This document shows, piece by piece, positions 22,901 to 35,109 of a DNA stretch of 64,000 bases (the stretch's first letter is position 1; the number at the start of each line of letters is the position of its first letter). The position numbers and the translations under genes are program-made. Source of the stretch: Isurus oxyrinchus (Eukaryota); the NCBI GenBank assembly GCA_026770705.1, contig JANJGN010000030.1, positions 22,196,001 through 22,260,000 of the forward strand. Direction: 5' to 3'. Below the pieces are notes generated by a model, which was given only the letters and a program-made list of their open reading frames with translations, did no database searches and was not told the DNA's origin.

Positions 22901-25624
22901 TCCTTACCCTGCTGAATTCTCTGCAACTCCATACAGTTAAACAGTGAATGATCCTTACCCTGCTGAATTCTCAGCAACTCCATACAGTTAAACAGTAAAT
23001 AACTCTTACCCTGCTGAATTCTCTGCAACTCCATACAGTTAAACAGTGAATGATCCTTACCCTGCTGAATTCTCAGCAACTCCATACAGTTAAACAGCAA
23101 ATGATCCTTACCCTGTTGAATTCCCAGCAACTCCATACAGTTACACAATGAATAATCCTTACCCTGCTGAATTCTCAGCAACTCCATACAGTTAAACAGC
23201 AAATGATCCTTACCCTGTTGAATTCCCAGCAACTCCATACAGTTACACAATGAATAATCCTTACCCTGTTGAATTCCCAGCAACTCCATACAGTTACACA
23301 ATGAATAATCCTTACCCTGCTGAATTCTCAGCAACTCCATACAGTTACACAGTGAATAATCCTTACCCTGCCGAATTCTCTGTATTTCCATACAGTTAAA
23401 CAGTAAATAACCCTTACCCTGCTGAATTCTCAGCAACTCCATACAGTTAAACAGTGAATGATCCTTACCCTGATGAATTCTCAGCAACTCAATACAGTTA
23501 CACAGCAAATGATCCTTACCCTGCTGAATTCCCAGCAACACCATACAGTTACACAATTAATAATCCTTACCCTGCTGAATTCTCAGCAAATCCATACAGT
23601 TAAACAGTGAATGATCTTTACCCTGCTGAATTCTCAGCAACTCCATACAGTTAAACAGCAAATGATCCTTACCCTGTTGAATTCCCAGCAACTCCATACA
23701 GTTACACAATGAATAATCCTTACCCTGCTGAATTCTCAGCAACTCCATACAGTTACATAGTGAGTAATCCTTACCCTGCTGAATTCTCTGCAACTCCATA
23801 CAGTTACACAGTGAATAATCCTTACCCTGCTGGATTCTCAGCAACTCCATACAGTTAAACAGTGAATGATCCTTACCCTGCTGAATTCTCAGCAACTCCA
23901 TACAGTTAAACAGCAAATAATCCTTACCCTGTTGAATTCCCAGCAACTCCATACAGTTACACAATGAATAATCCTTACCCTGCTGAATTCTCTGTAATTC
24001 CATACAGTTACACAGTGAATAATCTTTACCCTGCTGAATTCCCAGCAACTCCATACAGTTAAACAGTGAATGATCTTTACCCTGCTGAATTCTCAGCAAC
24101 TCCACACAATTAAACAGTGAATAATCCTTACCCTGCTGAATTCTCTGCAACTCCATACAGTTACACAGTGAATAATCCTTACCCTGCTGGATTCTCAGCA
24201 TCTCCATACAGTTACACAATGAATAATCCTTACCCTGCTGAATTCTCTGTAATTCCATACAGTTACACAGTGAATAATCCTTACCCTGCTGGATTCTCAG
24301 CAACTCCATACAGTTACACAGTGTATAATCCTTTCCCTGCTGAATTCTCACCAGTCCATAGTTATACAGTGAATAATCCTTACCCTGCTGAATTCTCAGC
24401 AACTCCATACAGTTACACAGTGAATAATCTTTACCCTGCTGAATTCTCTGCAACTCCCTACAGTTACACAGTGAATAATCCTTACCCTGCTGAATTCTCA
24501 GCAACTCCATACAGTTAAACAGCAAATAATCCTTACCCTGTTGAATTCCCAGCAACTCCATACAGTTACACAATGAATAATCCTTACCCTGCTGAATTCT
24601 CTGTAATTCCATACAGTTACACAGTGAATAATCTTTACCCTGCTGAATTCCCAGCAACTCCATACAGTTAAACAGTGAATGATCTTTACCCTGCTGAATT
24701 CTCAGCAACTCCACACAATTAAACAGTGAATAATCCTTACCCTGCTGAATTCTCTGCAACTCCATACAGTTACACAGTGAATAATCCTTACCCTACTGGA
24801 TTCTCAGCATCTCCATACAGTTACACAATGAATAATCCTTACCCTGCTGAATTCTCTGTAATTCCATACAGTTACACAGTGAATAATCCTTACCCTGCTG
24901 GATTCTCAGCAACTCCATACAGTTACACAGTGAATAATCTTTACCCTGCTGGATTCTCAGCAACTCCATAGTTATACAGTGAATAATCCTTACCCTGCTG
25001 AATTCTCAGCAACTCCATACAGTTACACATTGAATGATCCTTACCCTGCTGGATTCTCCGCCACTCCATACAGTTACACAATGAACAAGCCTTACCCTGC
25101 TGAATTAATAGTAATTCTGTACAGTTACACAGTGGGTGATCCTTACCCTGCTGAGTAAACATAAAGACCCTGAAATCCATGGAACTGAAAGGATTCTACA
25201 ACAACAGAAGCCAACTTGGGGATAGGGGCATCAGGGGACAGAATTTTGGGTAGCATTCACTTCCACGCATGCCCATTTCCGGACTTTTGTTATTAGAAGG
25301 TGAGCCAGGCTGATGGGTTGACATCACTCAATGGTTACTTTTTACACCAGAACCTCTGGTGTAACTCACTGTGTAATTGTACAGTGTTATTATTTTTCAG
25401 CAGGGAATGTTTGCTCACTGTGTAACGGGTACAAAGATATTAATTTATTCAGCAGGGTATGGATCACTCACTGTGTAACTGTACAAAGGTATTAATTTAT
25501 TCAGCAGGGTAAGAATTGTTCATTGTGTAACTGAACAAAGTTATTAATTTATTCAGCAGGGTAAGAATTGCTCATTGTGTAACTGAACAAAGTTATTTAT
25601 TCAGCAGAGTAAGGGTCACTGCAG
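19934..25624. mobile_element. Foldback-like element with modular inverted arms
   Basis: Left end CTGCAGTAACCCTTACCCTGCTG and right end CAGCAGAGTAAGGGTCACTGCAG are inverted repeats (21/23). Five inverted ~52-bp units at 25380-25624 and a ~200-bp unique centre. Confidence 0.65.
19940..25155. repeat. 51-bp minisatellite, ~100 copies
   Basis: Unit approx. CCTTACCCTGCTGAATTCTCAGCAACTCCATACAGTTACACAGTGAATAAT. The 17-aa period in the ORF track agrees. Confidence 0.98.
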
Positions 25625-25832
25625 GGAATCTTAGAATTGGGCCCAATCCAATGAGAATGTGGGGATTTCAAGATAACATGAGTAGATAATTGGATAGGAG
25701 GTAGGAAACAGAATAGGAAAAATGGGCATGCCCTCCAAGTTGCAGCCTCTGACTAGTAGAATCCCCAAGCATACTGTACTGGGGCCTCAGCTTTTCACTA
25801 TATTTATAAATGAATTCAATAAAGAAATAGAA

Positions 25833-26030
25833 GGGGGTCTTGTGGCGTAGTGTCCCTGCCTCTGAATCAGAAGCTCCTGGTTCAAGTCCCATTCCAGGAC
25901 TTGATGGCCAAGGAAGATGTGTTCATAACACAGCCAAACAGATTGAGTATCAACTTGTAAATCCCTCCAACACACACCAAGGGCCAGCAGTAAGAGCAGG
26001 AAAGATTCCTGGTCAGCCATGTGATGGAAA
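25833..26030 (+). mobile_element. tRNA-head SINE inserted in a CR1 remnant
   Basis: GTCTTGTGGCGTAGTGTCCCTGCCTCTGAATCAGAAGCTCCTGGTTCAAGTCCC (A/B-box-like). CR1 pieces at 25650-25830 and 26260-26400. Confidence 0.6.
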
Positions 26031-26469
26031 GTAAGTTGAAGCCTCTACCATCACCATTCATATCTCCAGACTTCAACATGCATGGAAAAGTTCATGTCAG
26101 CACAGCAAGTTGGACTCCTTGGTTGGCTGGACAACCAGTATGGATGTGATTGGTGCCAACTGCATGGGGTTTGATCCCTGTTCCGGCTGGGGTGGATTCA
26201 GGACCTGCCTCCTTGCCCTACACATAGTGGATGTCATGAGGCTTAAAAATTTCATAACTGGTAATTTTGTTAGGCAAGGACTTGAAGGGTTATGGATCCA
26301 AAGCAGGTAACTGAATTTAACATACAAACCAGCCATGATCTAACTGAATGACAGAATAGGTTTGAGGGGCTGAATGGCCTCTTCCTATTTCTATGTCAAT
26401 ATGTATAGGAACACTGCAAGTGCTTTGGGAAGAACAGGCTTGCAATGTCATGACATATAGTGACTGTTC

Positions 26470-26620
26470 TTGGAATCAAGGGTTATGGTCACGGCAGCCA
26501 TAGTAGGAGGAAAGTGGAGTTAAGGCCATAATCAGATCAGCCATGATCTTATTGAAATGCGGAGCAGGGTCGAGGGGCCGAATGGCCTACTCCTGCTTCC
26601 ATTTCTCATGTTCGTATGTG
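26470..26620 (+). mobile_element. CR1 3' UTR fragment
   Basis: GGAATCAAGGGTTATGG..ATCAGCCATGATCTTATTGAA..CGAGGGGCCGAATGGCCTACTCCTG. Confidence 0.8.
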
Positions 26621-27749
26621 CCCCAGAAACTTAGCGAGATGCCCCAGGGAGGGCCACACAATCTGATTCAAAATAATGACCCGGCTGCAATAATAACCTT
26701 TCAGCACTAGATGTCTATAACATGCTTAATATTCGTTTTTAATTGTGAAACCAAAGGATATCACCAAGTTGGAAAGAGTGTGTGAGGTAAATGGGTGAGT
26801 CGTGGTTAGCTGACACCTGTTTGTGACTGAAACGACTTATGAAGGAACAATGAAGGAAGACAGATGGAGATCAGGAATAATGAAATCCTGGGGAAGATCA
26901 GGTTAGATTGGAGACAGGGCGCTTCTTAATTTTAGCACAGTGCGGATGTAGAGAGGAGGAAAGGTGTAGGATGGAATTCTTCAGCTTCTGAAGGCCCAGG
27001 AGAGGACAATTTGGAGGAACAGGACAATAGGGAGGGAGAGTCAAGAAAGGCTGTGAGAGAGGATGGAGCCTGGGGGTGTCAGAGATTTATCTTGCATCCT
27101 CCCCAAGAGTGAACTACTCGTTGGCCATTTAGTAGACCTAAAAGCAACAATCCCAAGCAATAGAATTCCACATGATCCTCCATTTTCTTGTTTTTTTTTG
27201 TCATTGTAAAATTTGCCTAATGTTACCAGTGATGAGGGTCAGAAACCATGTCTCTTTTCCTCCATTTTTTGCATGTGGTGTCTTGTCAAGTGGCATGCAG
27301 AGGCAAAAAATAACTTGCTCCTTTTAGAGAAAACACAAGCGGGGGGAGGGAAAAAAAAAATCTTGTCAAATCCAATCTTGTAAATCGAATCCATCCATTG
27401 TGAATGTTTGTAGGATGTTTTCCAGCATGTGTCAAATATGTTTGTCAAAAAAAACCCACACACTCAAAGCCATGAACGCTGAAAAATAAATGTGATTATT
27501 TTCTCTTTTCTCTGAATTGGTTGTGTTAACTCCGCTCACACCTGTGGCTGAACTGTTGAATAAAACATTCATGACTTATGGTGATATCTCTTTCGCTGCA
27601 GTAAGTTATTTTTAGGCAAAGGGGCATTGTATTGACTTTTGAGCTTTCCTGGGGTGACAGTGGCTAAGGTAAGGAAGGGTTAACACTTGTGCTGCTGAGG
27701 TTCAGCTCCTGTGCAATAAAAAACCTTCATTGTCTCACTCACCAGCTCA

Positions 27750-29011
27750 GATACCCAGAGCCCTCACTGTCTCTGATACCCTGAGCCCTCACTGTCTCTG
27801 ATACCCTGAGCCCTCACTGTCTCCAATACCCTGAGCCCTCACTGTCTCCAATACCCAGAGCCCTCACTGTCTCCGATACCCTGCGCCCTCACTGTCTCCG
27901 ATACCCAGAACCCTCACTGTCTCCAATACCCTGAGCCCTCACTGTCTCTGATACTCTGAGCCCTCACTGTCTCCAATACCCTGAGCCCTCACTGTCTCCA
28001 ATACCCTGAGCCCTCACTGTCTCCGATACCCTGAGCCCTCACTGTCTCCGATACCCAGAGCCCTCACTGTCTCCAATACCCTGAGCCCTCACTGTCTCCG
28101 ATACCCAGAGCCCTCACCGTCTCCAATACCCAGAGCCCTCACCGTCTCCAATACCCAGAGCCCTCACTGTCTCCAATACCTTGAGCCCTCACTTTCTCCG
28201 ATACCCTGAGCCCTCACTGTCTCCGATACCCAGAGCCCTCACTGTCTCCGATACCCAGAACCCTCTCTGTCTCCAATACCCAGAGCCCTCACTGTCTCCA
28301 ATACCCAGAGCCCTCACTGTCTCCGATACCCAGAGCCCTCACTGTCTCCGATACCCTGAGCCCTCACTGTCTCCAATACCCAGAGCCCTCACTGTCTCCG
28401 ATACCCAGAGCCCTCTCTGTCTCCAATACCCAGAGCCCTCACTGTCTCCGATACCCAGAGCCCTCACTGTCTCCGATACCTTAACCCTCACTGTCTCCAA
28501 TACCCAGAGCCCTCACTGTCTCCGATACCCAGAGCCCTCACTGTCTCCAATACCCAGAGCCCTCACTGTCTCCGATACCCAGAGCCCTCACTGTCTCCGA
28601 TACCCAGAGCCCTCACTGTCTCCAATACCCAGAGCCCTTACTGTCTCTGATACCCAGAGCCCTCACTGTCTCCGATACCCAGAGTCCTCACTGTCTCTGA
28701 TAGCCAGAGCCCTCACCATCTCCGATACCCAGAGCCCTCACCGTCTCCGATACCCAGAGCCCTCACTGTCTCCAATACCCAGAGCCCTCACTGTCTCCGA
28801 TACCCAGAGCCCTCACTGTCGCCGATATCCGGAGCCCTCACCGTCTCCGATACCCAGAGCCCTCACCGTCTCCGATACCCAGAGGCCTCACTGTCTCCAA
28901 TACCCAGAGCCCTCACTGTCTCCGATACCCAGAGCCCTCACCGTCTCCGATACCCAGAGCCCTCACTGTCTCCGATACCCAGAGCCCTTACTGTCTCCGA
29001 TATCCGGAGCT
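27750..29011. repeat. 25-bp minisatellite, ~50 copies
   Basis: Unit GATACCCAGAGCCCTCACTGTCTCC. Confidence 0.98.
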
Positions 29012-29514
29012 CTAATATTTTGTATTTGAACTGCTAACTTATGAGTGAGGGGCGGAGAGATCAGGTTAGTCACGTGGCTGTTATGGTGCTGTGTGTGAGA
29101 GCTGTTGATGTAGGGTTAATGTTGTTATTGAGATAAGCAGTGGGTGAGTGGCAGCAATGATCCCCTTCTTGCAGAAACCTAGCAAGCCAAAGACTCCCGG
29201 GTCAGAACCACTGGTTAAAACACCAAACCGCACAGGCTGTGTAGGTTCCTGCTCGCTGCTGAGATAGCTGACCTCAACCAAGGCAAACTTAAGCACCGCT
29301 TAAACTCAAGGGCTGTAGACGGAAGGCAAGGTGGGGCTGGGAGAATTGGGAACTCTCCAGAGGGCTCCTGCTCTTGGTAGTTCACCATCCACTCCTGCTA
29401 GAGTGTATCGGTACAGGTACCCAATGAGACTAGGATGAGTCAGGGACATAAAAGTAGGAGCGGTAGGCCATATGACACTTGGACTAGTTCTGCAATTCAG
29501 TAAGATCTATTTTT

Positions 29515-29845
29515 TCCTTTTTGTTTTGCGTGATACAGGCAGCATTTGTTGCCAATCTCTAACTGTCTTGAGCTGAGTGACCAGCTAGGCCATTTCAGAG
29601 GGCAGTTAAGAGTCAACCACATTGCTGTGGGTCTGGAGTCACATGTAGGCCAGACCAGGTGAGGATTGGCAGATTTCCTTCCCTAAAGGACATTTGATGG
29701 GTTTGTACAACAAATCATACAATAATGGTCACCATTCCTGAGGCTAACTTACAATTCCAGATTTTATTAATTGAATTTAAATTCCACCAGCTGCCATGGT
29801 GGGATTTGAACCCATGTCCTCATCATCACTACGCCATCATCACCC
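29515..29845 (-). mobile_element. tRNA-derived SINE (family of 17325-17657)
   Basis: CATTTCAGAGGGCAGTTAAGAGTCAACCACATTGCTGTGGGTCTGGAGTCACATG..GGTGGGATTTGAACCC. Confidence 0.8.
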
Positions 29846-30859
29846 CTTAACTCCACTTTCCCTCACTAACCCTCATCCCTGCAAATCCAAAAATCTATTT
29901 TTGACTTTCCTCAACAACTGTCAACACTGAGCTATTCCACTGTGGAGGTAGTCACCTGATGGTTTGGCAGGAGCTACCAAACGCTGGCTAATTTGCTCTC
30001 ACACTCCAGCTGAAGGGTCATATAGAGCCTTCCCACTATCCTGCCTGAGATAAACCAGCCAAGGGGTTGAAGTTGGGGCCCTCAGCTCCATATGGAATGG
30101 TACATCAGCCAACTGGCCATCATGGGAACATTGCCAGGCGCTTCATCTGGAAGGTAAATGCAGTTTATTGGAGAAACAAACAAGGCAAAGAAGGGTCCAG
30201 CTCTGAATGAGATGGCAATGAGAATAATGTGGAGAAATTCTTTAGCTAGCGAGGACTGTGGCTCAGTAGATTAGTGCCTCGATCTCTGAGCTAAGAATGC
30301 CGGGTTCGAGTCTCACTTCAGGACTTGACAACCATGGTAGGAGTGTTCATGATGTGGTTCAACAAGTTGAGAATGAGCCTGTTATGCCCCAAATGGGGAT
30401 AGGGGCAGGGCCAAGTATGAAGCAAACAAATTTGGAAGAGAAAAGACATAGGAGCAGAAATTAAGCCATTCAGCCCATCAAGTCTGCTCTGCCATTCAAT
30501 CATGGCTGATAAGTTTCTCAATCCCACCTTCTCCCTGTAACCTTTGATCCCCTTACCTATCTATCTCAGATGGAGCATGTGATATGGTTACAGAAAGAGC
30601 CAAACCTAAAATTATTTCTTCTGTAGCAGATGAGATGTCACCTTCCTTGGCTCCATCTGCCCTCACACACCCAGGAGAACTGGTAGATCCTGGAGGAAGC
30701 ACCACCTCCACATCCAAAACGGGCAGCATTTGTTGCCAATCTCTAACTGTCTTGAACTGAGTGACCAGCTAGGCCATTTCAGAGGGCAGTTAAGAGTCAA
30801 CCACAATGCTGTGGGTCTGGAGTCACATGTAGGTCAGACCAGGTGAGGACAGCAGATAG

Positions 30860-31082
30860 TGTAGTGTTTAATTGTTCTGTGTTTGATTATATGAGGCTGA
30901 TAACTGATCTATGCTCACTGTGCTTGATTGGGTGTGGACTCAGAGCAAAGTAAACAGATATGATGAGTGTAGACATTTTGTGACTGCAGAGGTGTTTTTA
31001 AAATCTTGTAAATAAACCAGTTGCAAATTCAAAAACTAGGGTCATCTCTCTGAGGGAAATCAAACATATAAAATATACAACA
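30860..31082 (+). mobile_element. Possible short solo LTR
   Basis: TGTAGTG...TACAACA termini and internal AATAAA (~31011). No clean TSD. Confidence 0.35.
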
Positions 31083-31634
31083 CATACCCTTTATCTCTGC
31101 TCTCTGTTTCCTATCCCCCATGTCCTCATGTTATTACCAATTCCACCTGCCCTCATTTTAACTAAGAAATGGGTAGAGGAGATTTTGTGCCCAGCTCATG
31201 CTGTGATCAACAACTGAAGGGTGGAGAGTTCTCAAGTCCCTCAGAAACATGTGAAAAAAACACACAAAAGCACAGCCAGGCGGGTGGTGTCAATCTGTCA
31301 GTGTCTCATTACAAGACATTATTGAAATCGACTGTCCAATTACATGGCTCGAGCACCTTTAATCATCGGCCGTCGCTCAGGGTCGTTTTGGCTGTCACCC
31401 TGTGTGCAGATGTCACGATCAGTGCCCAAAGCTGTCTGTCATACATTGGCACCGCACTTAATTAATTGCCCTGGTGCAATCAGTCTGTGTTTAGTTCAGG
31501 AGAGCACTGCTCTTCAGATCTCTAACAAGAACGTATGGAAGGGTGGTGGGTAGGCAGGGTGCAGGGGTACAGCAGGGGCTCGGAGGTGGATTCTGCAACT
31601 GTTTTAAAAGCATCTTGTAGCATTCAACTGTCAC

Positions 31635-32033
31635 CCCACGCTCAGTGGGCAGCACTCCTGCCTGCAGGTCAGACAGTCAGGAATTCAAGTCCCTCTCCAG
31701 AATCGTAAGTGTAAAATGAATACTGAAACTCCTGTGCAGTCTTCGGGGTTTGCTACATTGGTGGAGGCAGAAAAGATGTTAAACTGCAGTCCTGTCTCCT
31801 CTCCAGCATTGAGTTAAATGATCCCATGGCACCATTTCAAAGACGAGCAGAGGCAGATTTCCTTGGTGTGTCAGCCAATATTTATCTGTCAGTCAAAGAC
31901 AGTGAAATAGATTATCTGGTGATTATCACAATACTGTTTGTGGGAACTTGCTGTGTGTAAATTGGCTGCCATGAATTCTACGAGAGCAACTACACTTCAG
32001 TGATTTGGAATGTCCTGATGTTGTGAAAGGCAG
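31635..32033 (+). mobile_element. DeuSINE (SacSINE1-like)
   Basis: GCTCAGTGGGCAGCACTC head, GATCCCATGGCACCATTTC..GATTATCTGGT..TGTTTGTGGGAACTTGCTGTG. Confidence 0.8.
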
Positions 32034-33309
32034 TAACTAACATTGAGTCACTCCCAATGGGGAGAAATTTGTTCTTAAAATTCTAAATGCCTTTACATTA
32101 GCATCAGCCCTACTTATCTCTTTTCCTTCCTCTTAGACTTAATCTGACATCCTTATTCAGGCTTGGAATGGCATAGCAAGGAAGCTGATTTGGTACTGCA
32201 GTCATCAGTTATACTGGTGGCCCTGGGGCTCAGTGGGTAGCATCCCTGCTTTCTAGAATTAGAAACTCTGAGTTCGAGTCCCACCCTGGGACTGGTTGCC
32301 CACAGAGGGAGAGTTCATGACATGGTTCAAAAGGTTGACAATCAGTCTGCCAATCCTTCCACCACCTGCCTCTCCAAAGGAAGAGAGGAGGGGGGGGAGA
32401 AAATGTGTGTGTGTGAAGATGCAAAACAAATGAGCATCTGTATTTGTAATGGCTTGAGAATGTGATTTAGAGATGTTCCCTTGACAGTCTGTCTCTCTGA
32501 AGCTGAATCAAATAGGCAATTGGTTTGAGACAGATGGTTTTGTCCAGAATACAGGGGAAGGAGTTTTATTAGCGGTTGAACTGATGCCACTATATAATGT
32601 TTTAAACCTTAAATGATTCCTTTTTTTGCAAACTTGGATCACAAAGAACCCTCAAAACAAGTTTACCGTGTTAAAATGTTGACAGGGTGAATTCCTGCAC
32701 TCTCTCCCTCTTTAACTGAAGTTTGCTGTTTCGATTTAAAATTCACTGTGTGTTGTTCCCAATACAAAATGAAATAGAACAGGTTGAATAGGCCCCAGAA
32801 ATTGCAAACCGTCTCTTTGTGATTTCCACTGGAGGCAGATTGGATTTAATCAGTATCCATTGGCTGGGGATCAATGGAGTGTGTGTGACAAATTGATCTT
32901 ACAGCTGTGATTGACGTCAATTTGATTGTCCCAGTTTTCTGGGCTTGTAGCAGGAGGGACAGCCGAAGAATTACTGCCTTGCTGGCTGATGAGAGAAACA
33001 GAGGGAAGACGTGCCCACAGACAATGTGGCCAGAACACAGAGGGCGAGAGGCAGACAGTCACAATCCAATAGCGAGAGGGACACACAGGCTAAAGCTGGG
33101 AGGGAGACACACACACACACACACACATGCACACACACAAGTAGGGGGAGATGCATGCACCACCAAACAGTCATACAGTGGAGTGGGACACGCACACACA
33201 AGAGGAATATGCACAAATATAGATGGAAACAGAACAGGCAGAGGAATAAGTCAAATGGACAGCGTTCCCTTTCTCCCATGTACTTGCCTGTGTGGATTTT
33301 TTAAAAATT

Positions 33310-33690
33310 TATTCTTTCATGGGATGTGGGGGTCACTGGTAAGGCCAGTATTTGTTGCCCATCCCTAATTGCCCTTGAACTGAGTGGCTTGCTGAGCCAT
33401 TTCAGAGGGCAGTTGAGAGTCAACTGGGTCTGGAGCCACATGTAGGCCAGACTGAGTAAGGACAGCAGATTTCCTTCCCTAAAGGACATTAGTGAACCAG
33501 ATGTGTTTTTGCAACATGGTTGTCATGGTCACCATCTCTGAGACTAGCTTTATATTCCGATTTTATTTATACTAATTGAATTGAAATTCCACCAGCGATT
33601 GTGGTGGGACTTGAACCCATGTCCCCAGAGCATTACCTTGGGCCTCTCCATTACTGGTCCACATTATGACTACACCACCATCTCCCCATA
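33310..33690 (-). mobile_element. tRNA-derived SINE (family of 17325-17657), full length
   Basis: ATTCTTTCATGGGATGTGGG..TTCCTTCCCTAAAGGACATTAGTGAACCAGATG..TACACCACCATCTCCC. Confidence 0.8.
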
Positions 33691-34379
33691 TGCATTGAGT
33701 CAGAAGTTTCACTTGCGACCTCTACTTAAAAAAAAGGTCCAAAATTCTTGGCTTCAATTACCAATGGAAAGAGCACACAGCTCATGCTTGCATAATACCT
33801 ACAAAACCCTGTCACTGTCTCCAGATCAAGATGGTCAGCCCTTAAAGATCAATGATCAGTTCAGCCCCAAACAGGCCACAGGAAAGAGCAACATTCACAT
33901 AATGTCCCACTGCAAAAGCTCCTCCCAGTGCAGGCCCTCTCATGGAGGCTAATGCGAGCTCCATTCAACAGAGGATTTGGGGGCATTCATCTGACAACAA
34001 CCTGCATTTCTACAAAGCTAAAACTTCAAGGAATCTTGCATAAGTAAAGTGGTTGTCACAGAGAGGGGGAGAGAGAAAGAGAGAGATTTTTGGAGGACAG
34101 GCCAGAAGAACAGATTTTGAGAAGGTCCTTGAAGGATGAAAGAGATGCAAGGGTTTTGCCAGGAACAGTTTGTCTTCTTCCTGTAGGAGTTCTAGGCACA
34201 AAAATCATCTGGTGTTGCCTCATTTTATTAATTGCTTGTTCAAAGAACATAAGGAATCAGAGCCCATCGAGCTTGCTCTGCCATTCAGTAAGATCACGGC
34301 TGATCTTCAACCTCAACTCCACATTCCTGCTCTATCACCATATCCCTTAATTTCCTTAGTATCTATTGCTCTCAGTCTT

Positions 34380-34887
34380 AGTCAATTGGCAGTACAGGAC
34401 TTGAATATTGCTGGAAAAGGCACACATTGTTGAAGCTTTTTGTCTTGCACTCATCAGCACAATTCATACGAATACCAAATGTAAAGGGAACAACAATTTA
34501 TACTTCAAAAGAAGAGAATGCTGATTGGTTGGCAAGTGGACTCTGATTGATAGAGACGCTGCCATGAAGAATGCACCAGTTAACTGATGACTGACAGTTA
34601 ACTGCCAAGCTTGGTTTGAATTCAATCCAGGAAGGCTGACTCTGATTGGTCAAGGCATAGCCCTGGGCAATGAACCAGAGAATTGTTATCACCTATTTTG
34701 TTTAGTTGAAACAGGCGCAATGTGTGTACATATTCTTTCTGTCTGCAAAGAACAGGGCCCTGTGCATTAATATATGCAGCTTCTAGCACGTGTAATTTAG
34801 CCACACCGCAAGTCTAACTGATAATCTTAAATTGGTTGTCAGCGTAATTCTTAGCACACTCAGGATTGTCTAGCAAATATTGTCCAA
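34380..34887 (-). mobile_element. 5'-truncated Penelope-like element family B inserted in a CR1 tail
   Basis: Minus strand encodes the GIY-YIG C-terminus GQYLLDNPECAKNYADNQFKIIS*..LHVLEAAYINAQGPVLCRQKEYVHTLRLF. pLTR with hammerhead motif at 34426-34463. 10-bp TSD TCTCAGTCTT (34370-34379 / 34888-34897). Confidence 0.85.
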
Positions 34888-35109
34888 TCTCAGTCTTGAA
34901 TATACTGACCGATGGAACATCTAGAGCTCTTTGGGGTAAAGAATTTCAAATATTATCTACCTTTTCTATGCTTCATACTGTCTCCTGACTTGCTAGGTCT
35001 GACTACAGCTCCAGTACCAAGTGTCCAAATGTGAGCCAGCTTGAAGCCTGATCTTAGCTTGCGGCAGAAAATAGGTTGAAATAGTGGATGTGTCATCAGT
35101 TGTTGAGGT

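Noticed and set aside
20107-24765. One minus-strand frame open for ~4.6 kb with only two stops (17-aa repeats MELLRIQQGKDYSLCNC)
   Set aside because: Expected for a 51-bp unit (multiple of 3) lacking a stop in one frame. It has no unique domain, has internal stops, and a frameshift near 24970. Not called coding without transcript or peptide evidence.
19940-25155. CRISPR-like appearance of the regular repeats (also the 25- and 69-bp arrays)
   Set aside because: Units are contiguous with no unique spacers, there are no cas genes, and the context is vertebrate.
25833-25900. tRNA-like A/B-box sequences (also 13228, 30255, 32218)
   Set aside because: Degenerate SINE heads with no full cloverleaf, so not tRNA genes.
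28181-29029. 282-aa Pro/Ser-rich ORF
   Set aside because: Translation of the 25-bp minisatellite.
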